A stretch of 64,000 bases of DNA. Source: Phoronis australis (Eukaryota > Animalia > Phoronida). The stretch covers positions 1,595,001 through 1,659,000 of the forward strand of contig NMRA01000010.1 in assembly GCA_002633005.1 (NCBI GenBank). The letters run 5' to 3'. Below are positions 37,201 through 46,700 of the stretch, piece after piece; the first letter of the stretch is position 1, and every line of letters begins with the position of its first letter. The position numbers and the translations under genes were made by a program. The notes under the pieces were generated by a model. It saw nothing but the letters and a program-made list of their open reading frames with translations. It was not told the DNA's origin and made no database searches.

Positions 37201-40200
37201 CAGAATTATAGACACCTACCTTGAGTTTGCACAGAAGTAGAGTAGAAAATGTCAAACATAATTTCGAGTTCCATTTCGAGTAAAAAGATTAGAAACTGGG
37301 ACCAGAACTGAGAGTCCGAACATCTTCAACATTGATGCGGAACAAGAATTACGACATATCGCGATTTGCTGGGCTGTCGTATGATTGGACGAAATCAACC
37401 ATGCCAACAGCAGAAACAAGAACATGGATATGATGAGCCGAGCTTTTTTGTAGTTACACTATTTACCGATTGGTATTTAGCTGCGCTATCATGAGTGTCA
37501 GAGTGTTTTCAAGTTGCTGCGACCTGATTAGCTGGAAAGATTACCTTGATTGACATGTCGGGGCTGTCCATTACCAGGTTAAGTGTTTTGGGATTCTTGT
37601 CAATTGCAGCTTATAATCCCAAATTTCCGATGTCATGGTACAAATCTGGTGGCTCCCTGTGCAGCTGCATGTACATTGTATATTGTGCGTTACTGCTTAT
37701 GTGTGTAAATTCTCATTGTAGTGACCTGCCGAGTCGGCCATGTCCCAGTTGTCCCAGCATTTCGACGTAGTCTTGTTCCAGTTACCAAAACTAAGGTGTG
37801 TCATTAACTAATAGATATTAACAGCGTGTGTTGCTTAGTCTCTGGCATATGAACTTTGGTGCCTTCAAGTACAAGGAAGTGGGGGAAAGGTAGATTGTGA
37901 TACCATTTATGATTATATTTATGTTGCTGGTTTTTATTAAAGGCTTATGGTCAGATAATTAAATGCCATTTTTGTGCACCCATATTATTTGTTGGTGCAT
38001 ATTGACATCTCTGTGTGGCGTTCAACTGTCCAGCGTCCACTGGTGTATCTCCTCAGCTGCTTGCAGAACCGTTGGGTGACTGGAAGGTCTGTGGAGTGGA
38101 TGAGGAGATGTTTTGGGCAAATTAAACTTCTGTTCCATTAAGCTGACATTTATTGTTAAATGGGATACAAATGCTGTTTTGCCCCCCTAGTGGCAATTTT
38201 AGTTTTTTGCATGAGTTTGTGTTTAAAAAAAAATCGTGTTCTGTGAAGCAATGTCATAGAATTTGACAAACATTTTTCTTGGGAGGAGTGCAGAGCTGAT
38301 GTTGATTTTCGGACGAATCTGACTACTGCTAAGCCTCCCAGTGTTATATATTTTTATTTTAATGTGCCCACATATTTATATGTGCCATCATCTCTGTCTG
38401 GGCGTCTGTATCTCCTAAACCCCTAGTAGGATTTTGATGAGATTTGGCAGATGTGTTCCTTTGAATGACGTCAAATTTCGTACCTCTCCGACTACCGGTG
38501 TGCCCCCTAGTGGCAGTTTTATTTTTCACACTTACCTCTATCTTTGGAGGTCCTCAATGGATTTTCATAAAATTTGGCAGTTAGGCAACTATTAGTGAGA
38601 TGATGATATCCTCTCGTTTTCGGACAGATTCGAGGTACTGTGTGACACCCAGTGGCCATTGTTACTGTTTTCAAGTCTATTTTATGGTGTCCGCCCTATC
38701 AACCAAATCAGTGTAGGGATGATTTTGAAAATTGGCCTATACATTCTTAATATAGAGGGTGGCTGACGACTTTACAATGACTTCAGCTACTGTGGTGCCT
38801 CTTAGTGGCATTTTTGTTTGCTTTTGCGCCCATGACTGTGTCTCCTAAACGATCTATGGGGACTTTATTTAATTTTGCTGGTGTATTTGTACGAAGTTGG
38901 CTACAAAGGACGACGACTTTTGGATGGATCGGACTACCGGTGTGCACCCTGGTGGCAATTTTAGTTTTTTACATTTACTTCTGCAAAGGTCGTCAATGGA
39001 TTGTCTTAAAATTTGCCAGATAGGCATCTATTAGTGAGGTGACATTATCATACGGTTTTCAATTGACTTCAAGACATTTTGCATCACCAAGTGGCCATAT
39101 TTATTGCCCTCTATCAACCAAACCACTCTAAGGATGATTGGGAAAATTGGCATGTAAGTTTCTAATGTGAAAAGGAGGGCTGACGATGACTTTCCGATGA
39201 GCTCGACAACTGTGGCGCCTCCTAGTGGCAGTTTTTTATGCCCATGGCTGTATCTCCTTAACCCTCTGCAAGATCTTTTAAATTGAGCAAGTGTATTATT
39301 TCATATGAACTTGACAACAAATGACGATGACTTTCAAATGGACCGTACTACCGGTGTGCCACCTAGTGGCAATTTTATTTTTTTAATTTTACCTCTGTAT
39401 GTTCAAAGGTCCTTAAAGGATTTTCATAAAATTTGGCAGATAGGCATCTATTAGTGAGTTGATGCTATCCTCTGGCTTTCGGTTTGATTTGTGGTATTTT
39501 GCACTAGGTAGTGGCCATTTTTACTGTTTTCAAGACTTATTTGGCATCTGCCCCTCTGTCAACCAAACCACTTTAAGGATGGTTGTGGAAATTGGCATGT
39601 ATGTTCTTAAGGTGAAGAGGAAGTCTGACGATGATTTTCTGATGACTTCATCTACTGTGAGTGTGACGCCTCTTGGTGGAAGTTACTTTTTGCGCCTATA
39701 GCCTCCCAGTGGCAATTTCATTTTTTTTGTTTTCCTCTTTCTCAGAAGTTCCTTGACGGATTTTAATGAACTTCGGTAAATAGCTTTGATGACACGTACC
39801 AGTTTTTGGATGTATTCGACGTATTTTGTGTCATGTAGTGGCCATTTTATGTTCCAAATAAACACCCCTAGAAGCACACCGTTTGCGGTGCATTCATGGG
39901 TACATTTCAACACTGCGCGTTGCTCTTGTTTATATATGCCTTGAAAGGATCCAATCAGCATCATGCGTAGCAGATGATAGCACAGCTTATGACGACTTTT
40001 AAGTGGGTGGTATCTACTACTGCTACATGTATACCCCCTTTTGGCAATTTTACCTTTTTGCCATGTTTCTGGGTGGAACTTTGACAGATGTGTTTCCATA
40101 ACAACATCTGCTTTTTTTCAGGGCTCCAGCATGTTCTGGGTCTGCTTGTGACAATGTATTTTGGTGTCACATCTTTTGCTTTCTCCTGCCAAGTGGTCGC

Positions 40201-42362
40201 TGTGAAATTTGACCAAGGTGTTTCTTTGGACTTAAACCTGGCTGACTGTTTTTAATTTCTGTTACATCCCATGGTGGCAGTTTTAATTTTTGCATTTGCC
40301 TCAGTTTATACCAAATTTGCAGGATCTTCATGAAATTTGGCATCTAAGATTTTATCCTGGAGAGAATGACACTTAACTATTTTGGAGAGTTTTGACTTGT
40401 GTGTGAAAAAAGAGCACCTCTTACACCAATTGTATCAAGGATACACACGGTGGGCATACAGCTCTTGCGCCAATTCCAGGTCGGAAACAAACCTTTGCCA
40501 TGGGCCACATCTTTACCATCCCTACTCACACACCTTTACCATAATTTTCAGTTTAAGTGAAAACATTTCGTGACCCAGTCTCTATGCATTGTGCAAATTA
40601 CACAATATAAAAATGTGTACATCATGATATGACGTTCTGATACTTTCTGGCGTTAGGACTACAAGAACTGCAACTAAACATCGTGTAAAGTTACTTAATA
40701 TTCTAATCCAAGACAAACCAGGATGCATACCTGGATAAACAATGTCTACAATGTTAGTCCTTAGATCTAACTAAGTGTCACTTAGTGTTGTGACTGTGGC
40801 TGCAGTCATTTCTTGCATTGCTCTATTTTCCGTGATGAAAGAGTGCTCTGCGAGTGATTACTCAACCAAGGGCTTCATCGCTAACAGGTGGCGCTGAATG
40901 CAGTAACAAGTCATGTGCTTTACCACTCGCTGGATGGCTGAATACCCGGGATGTGATTTGACTACGTTTTGTCCAGAGGATACAGTTATGAAAAATCAGC
41001 AAAATCCTCAGTCTTCACTCATTCTCCATGAACTTAAATTGCGACCTATGCAACAGCTTGTCAATGTTAGACTTTATCGTAACTGAATTAATCCCAGTGC
41101 TATAGCATTTAACTGGTGATTGATTGGAACGATATATGCTTCAAAACACTTGGTCCAAATTTCCGCTTCTAACCTTGACAACATTTTTGATTGTGTGGTA
41201 ACAAGAGTAAATTTTCACACTACCGTGGGAGCAAAGTTTGAAATTTTTGAAAAAATGCCCTAGCCTCCTTCTACAGACCTGTGCCAAAGAAAATGTGCAA
41301 CTTCAAAGTGGGATTGGGTCTGCAACGAATCCTCAGCATAATCGCAAAGTGCAATAAATACAGTAACGTTGCTCTCTCAATGTTTCACACAAATTGAGCC
41401 AGCCCTTTTTTGTGGTATATCGTAATAACAACAAGTCACATGACTAATAGGTACGAGAAGCGCCATCTGTTAGTGGTAAAGCCCCTGGTTGAGTCAGTAC
41501 CTTTTTCCTGTGTGTGGTTTCAGTTAAGGTTCCGAGTTTTTGGCGCGTGGTAAATGTTTTGCTTCATAGCTAGAGCTCTGCGGCTCATATTAAGGGTTCA
41601 TTTTCTTGCCTGTATACAGTCTCGAAAGGTAACTTATTAATTGTAATTGCAATGTGTGATAATTTAATGATAAGCCAGTTTTTATTTTGGTTACAGAATT
41701 ATAGTTCCAAGTACGTATCATCACTGAGAAAGTTCTGGTCTGATGAAGAGAGTGAGAAGTTGTTTTTGGCTGTCAAGCACTGTGGTAAGTCATGCTCAAA
41801 TATCATCTGCAATGCTGGCTTTATAGGGTGAAGGAGCTAATCATGAGATGCGTCTCATAGTAACTTGGTTATGAATTCACATCCTATGACAGTGTGGGTG
41901 GAATAGGTGGCCCTTTGGACTTAGTACTCAGCTGCTGCTGTGCCACCGAGTGTAATTTGTCTTAGGGTTTGTTTTTAAAATACATAGCCACGTGACCTAA
42001 TTAGAGGCATGTTGGTAAGAAGTCAAAACTCAAATTCCACTGTCTTTCTATTTTCAGAAAGTGTTAAATTTATTGTTTTTTTAGATATTTGGCCAAATGC
42101 ATGCACATACTTGTGGATAAGGTTCTACTTATCCATAAATAGTGCCAACTTGAAGTTTTCTATTATTTCTGCATGTGGTTGATCTTGTTATGTCATATTT
42201 CTAAATAATTTCTTATCATTCTTTTCAGGTAACAACTGGGCAAAAATTAAAGAAGACTACCGCTTTCACCTGAGAACAAATGTCAATCTTAAAGATAGGT
42301 GGCGCAGCATGCAGAAGTTGCCGATATATAAACAACTCCTCAAGAAACATGGAAAACCGTAA
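22141..42362 (+). CDS. TERF1: Telomeric repeat-binding factor (TERF1/TERF2-like; TRFH + telobox Myb)
   Basis: Well-supported exons 22141-22282, 23538-23646, 24184-24325, 26016-26093 (TRFH: ANIWLFDFLC, LCQLADG, TSMEWAL, IRVQAVATSCQTGHFSCAGEVFDKVF) and 41697-41784, 42229-42362 (RKFWSDEESEKL...NWAKIKEDYRFHLRTNVNLKDRWRSMQKL). Candidate middle exons 30436-30536, 31563-31644, 32409-32490, 33476-33560, 35039-35132 give an open 378-aa model; middle is uncertain. Likely co-ortholog of TERF1 and TERF2. Confidence 0.85.
23538..23646 (+). CDS. TRF exon 2 (TRFH)
   Basis: cttacag|GG; TFAETGGDDNDDVIKAKRLFVTLLCQLADGTEC; donor position approximate. Confidence 0.75.
24184..24325 (+). CDS. TRF exon 3 (TRFH)
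   Basis: YLEDLDEKKTSMEWALSTC...ESIRVQ|gtgtgc, parallels TRF TPLESAL...IKIQ. Confidence 0.85.
25118..25829 (-). pseudogene. Two in-phase exons of an unidentified antisense gene nested in TRF intron 3
   Basis: Open frames 25829-25596 (donor GTG|gtatga) and 25400-25118 (acceptor tgtttttcag|, donor gttagt) join in phase 0 to about 170 aa; neighbouring antisense segments carry stops. Confidence 0.45.
26016..26093 (+). CDS. TRF exon 4 (TRFH)
   Basis: AVATSCQTGHFSCAGEVFDKVFTSPE parallels TRF1 AIAVCMENGNFKEAEEVFERIFGDP. Confidence 0.88.
30436..30536 (+). CDS. TRF candidate exon 5
   Basis: ttttaag|SVVDATGGTNLFKGETENVYKLKRIYSTKENCH, resembles TRF KLLMIISQKDTFH; weak donor. Confidence 0.55.
32409..32490 (+). 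CDS. TRF candidate hinge exon (duplicate at 28334-28415)
   Basis: tttattacag|TAALVQWRRGHDIPDKYKEQIESTTDE g|gtagtt; in phase with 33476 exon. Confidence 0.55.
33476..33560 (+). CDS. TRF candidate hinge exon
   Basis: Strong polypyrimidine acceptor; VTSHSRLESNKMTNRISDDDSADDCYD; donor gtaggg. Confidence 0.65.
34670..34983. mobile_element. MITE with terminal inverted repeats
   Basis: AAAAAGGATACCAAACCC ... GGGTTTGGTATCCTTTTT; related left end near 23305. Confidence 0.7.
35039..35132 (+). CDS. TRF candidate hinge exon
   Basis: cctgcag|A VISRARMNELYNRLGMAERLTDDERSEMDKQ|gtaatc; phase matches previous exon. Confidence 0.68.
36902..37302. mobile_element. Harbinger-like MITE copy (opposite orientation to 53610-54007)
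   Basis: TIRs GACCCGGAATCTAATCTTTCTACTCGAAA / TTTCGAGTAAAAAGATTAGAAACTGGGAC; interior is reverse complement-like to the 53.6-kb copy. Confidence 0.75.
38355..40480. mobile_element. Helentron/HINE-like non-autonomous element with about 430-bp internal repeats
   Basis: Sub-terminal inverted ATGTGCCCAC / GTGGGCATAC; recurring ACTACCGGTGTGC (about 38491, 38933, 39347), AAATTTGGCA and CCCCTAGTGGC motifs. Confidence 0.55.
40860..41494. mobile_element. MITE with about 36-bp imperfect TIRs
   Basis: ACTCAACCAAGGGCTTCATCGCTAACAGGTGGCGCT ... AGCGCCATCTGTTAGTGGTAAAGCCCCTGGTTGAGT. Confidence 0.7.
41697..41784 (+). CDS. TRF Myb exon (helix 1)
   Basis: ttacag|NYSSKYVSSLRKFWSDEESEKLFLAVKHC g|gtaagt. Confidence 0.88.
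42229..42362 (+). CDS. TRF terminal exon (telobox)
   Basis: cttttcag|GT; NNWAKIKEDYRFHLRTNVNLKDRWRSMQKL...KP*; AATAAA at about 42470. Confidence 0.92.
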
Positions 42363-42403
42363 TTGTAACTGTCGTGCAATACGTTATTGAGTGGTTGGAT
42401 AAG

Positions 42404-43353
42404 CAGACTTTGATTATGCAAGTGTCTAGCTTGTTGTCAAACCATGTAATTAGCATGAGAATGTTTTGTAATAAACAGTTTAAACATATGCTTGTTTTGG
42501 TAAAGGGTTACTGTATATATTCCGTGTTAAGTTTGACGAAAGTGTGACCTGTGCTAATGGATTGTCGAACAGTTTCTTTATAGTCGGTGGGCCAGATCTC
42601 ATAGCGTTCATCCTTGTGAGTACTTTGGTGGGGCAACCTAGTTTTTTCTATGTGGCTAGATAATATACCTATAAATCAAATTCTAAAAAGTTCCCACGTC
42701 TACACTTGCACATTTTTTTTAAAAAAGGCGTTTTTGTTGCACAAAATATGATGCACATTCCTGCCATTGATGGCGCTTTTCTATTGAATTGACCAATCAG
42801 AGAGCCAGATTGTATTGTTGTGCTTTGTCAGACGATAGTCTGTGTGGGTTTGTTTAAAAGGTAGCTATGCTTTGAAGTTGTGCGTAGATGGAGAGTGAAT
42901 AATCAAATCCAGTAATTAATTTATTATATGATAACCCCTAATTAGACAAATGAAACCTATTGTTAATTAAGTAATCAACTACAAAGAGAAACTACGCTAG
43001 CGCCCTCTTTAAAGATTACTTTAATCAAACTACCAAACGATCAAATGTCTTATCTGCTATCCAAGCTAGGACTCTCCACTTGTTGGATGTCTGTCCTGTT
43101 GGGGAATCTTCGAACTACACACACTGTATAGCGACAGTGTACTTGTTGGTCACCGTCTCTGGTGATGCAACACTTGCAGGNGCAGACTTTGATTATGCAA
43201 GTGTCTAGCTTGTTGTCAAACCATGTAATTAGCATGAGAATGTTTTGTAATAAACAGTTTAAACAAAGCTTGTTTTGGTAAAGGGTTACTGTATATATTC
43301 CGTGTTTGATGAAAGTGTGACCTGTGCTAATGGATTGTCGAACAGTTTCTTTA
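42404..43353. repeat. Short duplication of TRF 3' UTR across N at 43181
   Basis: 42404-42581 repeated at 43182-43353. Confidence 0.85.
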
Positions 43354-43744
43354 CTTTGTGATAAATAGTAATGAAACTGCAAAAGTCGTTGATAAGTTTC
43401 ATCATTTTAACAAAACAACCAAGGTCAATGCTTAATTGAGCCTCACCAATGCTTAATTAAGCCTCACCAACTTTAAAAATACAACCAAAGTCGATGCTTA
43501 ATTAAGCCTCACAAACTTTAACAACAGGTCAGTCCTGAGCACTTGAGGGATTGGAACCTAAGGCTTTTGATGTTGTGCGTCCCTTTTCTTGGACTGTGAG
43601 GTTGAAATGCACCAATTACTATCATGTGCAAAAGGTGCAAATGAAAGAAAAAAGTTACTATTGATGAGAATTGTAAGTGCTGCTCCTTTGTTGGGAAATC
43701 CCAGTCTTCCCATTTAGACTTGCTGAGTCACATTAATGGGATGA

Positions 43745-46700
43745 CTTGGTTCTTGTCCATTAACCAACTATAGACCCATTAGCTAACTGATGTAATTCCT
43801 CCAATCAATCAGTTTGGAATATTGAGCCTCTAATGCCGAATCCAAGTACTAAACATTCTGCTACATTTTTTAAAATGCAAAAATACCGGTTTATTTTACA
43901 ATTATTATAGTGGTGTTTGATTGATGCATTGTGCTGAGTTGCTCCAAAGCCATTGTGAAGGAGCCAATGGATGATTCAGAAGTCTCAATTGAGCTAGTTT
44001 CAAGCCAATTAAAGCGCTTGAGCGCGTGTAAACATAACAATAGCACATATATTTGTCTCGCAAACGTTGGCTGTGGTCAGAAGAGTAAAGATGGTTTGCT
44101 GATAAACAGATCAAGGGGCGAGAAAAGTGCTTATCGCTGTCTTGGTATAGGGTGACCGTATGTCTGGATGAACAAGGTCAAAGTGAAAGAAATTCACCTT
44201 CCTAACATTTCGCAAATATTCATTTTATTGTCTTCAAACAATACTATATCATGTGAATTAGCTTGTGGTACATATAGCACGTGCGTGCATGATTTATCGC
44301 AAACGTGGCGTTGGCGTCGTCAATCATCCATAACTTTTTTTTATTTCCAACATTAGACCACAGGTGGACACTGGTGTATAATGCGAGTTAACAACAAGGT
44401 TTTGTCTCATGACCGATTGCGCCCCTTAAGGCTTTTTAAAATTAATAAGTAGTAATCATTTTCGTGAAAGACGGTCACGGTAACGCTGTTCAAACATAAT
44501 ATAATGGACAAAGAAAGACGAAAATAAACCCCTAGGAGCTACATGTTATGCCCTCGCTTTCCGATTCACTCATCTACAACGATTTCCGCTCGAACATGAT
44601 TGTGAACGCAAAAAAGATATACAAGGCTTAAACTAAATTTCAGTTTGTTTCCACGCAGTTACGCGACCGTTTGATTACTACGAGTGCGAGTTAAAACTTC
44701 TGGATGTAATCTAGCAAAAGAATCCTTGTCGTAACCGATGCGATACCCGTAATCAGTGGTGTAGTGGGGCGTAGGCGCACGTAGGCGCACGTTGGTGCAC
44801 GTTGGTGCAGCCACCCACCTTTTATCACCTACGCACCGCACGTGACGTTGTAGCGCGAATTCAATGAACTTTAAAAATTCAGTGCTCAAGGTGATACGGT
44901 GGGCACCGGGAGCCTACTTACCTCTAATTTTACCACTACAGCACTGCGGCGTAATTAGCTTGCACTTTATCGATTGTGAAATGCAAAGTATTTTCTGCGA
45001 AATCAGACTTTTGTTTTTGTTACTTGAGCATAGGCCTATACAAGCATTTTTGTATAAAACAGTTCACCTATTGACCAGTCTACTCGTAGCAACCTACCTA
45101 ACAATTAAACCTAGCTATCCTCCCAAATCTCCGTAACTACCTTCTCCAATCCTACATTTCTACTTACCCGGGTACTCACGTAGTTGAGGGCTTAGAATTT
45201 TCCTCGTTTAAGGGTATTTCCTCCTTTCTTGTTTCGATTTCCCCTTATTTGATTTCCAGTTTCTTCCTTTGTCGCCTCTTTTTATCATTGTTTTAACTTT
45301 ATTCATACAAAAACGTTTATTTCGCTTGAATTTTACAACAAAAAATATTTCTATTACACGAACCTATTTATTTGTGGAACCTGGAAAATTTTCCTCATTT
45401 TTTCATGGGCTATAACAAGTTCTGCTAGTTACCTGGCAACCCACACACCTACAACCTTGGTATAGCACATGAGCAAAAGTACTACGCTTTATGTGCATGT
45501 GATGTTCGGAAGTGTGGTCATCGCTCGAGGACAGGGAAAGAGGTTGGAAAAGGTGACGCTTTATGACGGGGAGGGGGAGTTAGACTCATGGTAACGTCAT
45601 CATTGTGGTTCATTAGAATATCTTCATCACATTACGATTTGATAGTTGAAACTGCCTACTTGGCATTGCAGAATACAACTGCGGCAAATGGAATTGACAA
45701 TTATAGAGACACATTAGTTTGTCATTAGAATCATAAAGTCGGGATCTCCAATGAAATGTCGGTTCTTCCAAAAACCGGGTTGATTGTGATGACGTAATTA
45801 GAGGCTGGGCAAGGTGGGTGTTTATATCATGATGACTGAGGGGGCAAAATTTTGTAGACGTAATATGTGAACACTACATTGGTGATTTGGCGGAAATTCT
45901 ATGAAACTGACAGCTGTCATATTTTCCGCTTGTGCTAAGGATGTCTAGCACGTTGATAACAAACAATTACACAACTAAAAATGGAAAGCTGANGACACTG
46001 CTTGCGCTAAGGGATAATCCTATGGCGTTATACTGTGGGTGTGATTTTAAAGCACTTTAAGTCAAAAATTTTTGAGATGGTTAAATGGAGTAGATGGTTG
46101 CAAACAACATGCCCAAGTGGCCGTCATCCCCTCCTGTAGTCTCATTTTTTGTAAACATCAATTACTTAGGTAGCTGCAATGATAATTAAATTAAAGTGCC
46201 TAAGTGGCCATCGTCGCCGTCGAAATTTGTAAGCCACTGTCCATTTCGTCAAACATCGATTACCTTAAGTGTAAATCGATTGACTATGGTTTGAGCATCT
46301 GATTTAAAAAAAATAAATTCAATCACTGCACTGGTATATCAGCTGATTTATTTTCAGTTGCATCAACTGATCTAATTATTAGTCGATCAACATTATTAGG
46401 CTACAGGTCAGACGGCATGTAAATTTGTTAGGCTGGTGGTGGATCAGTTCCTGATAAGTCCGTCTGAAAAAGTTGCATGCCAAATCACTCATAGTTGAAT
46501 GTTAAATCAGTGTTAACAGTTCGGGTTTTTTTCAGTTGGACTTGTATCGCAAGCAACAGCTCAGTCCAGAGCCCTCATGCTAATGAAATTCAAAGATAAA
46601 GACCTTGTGTCTTAGAAACCAAGTACCACAGATCATCATGCTATAAAAATAGAAAGACAACGATTGTGAAGAGTGACGAATTCACAGTTTTCAGAGAATC

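Noticed and set aside
31563-37889. Stop-codon reassignment to explain TRF in-frame stops
   Set aside because: Stops are of all three types and the other genes terminate normally at TAG, TGA and TAA.
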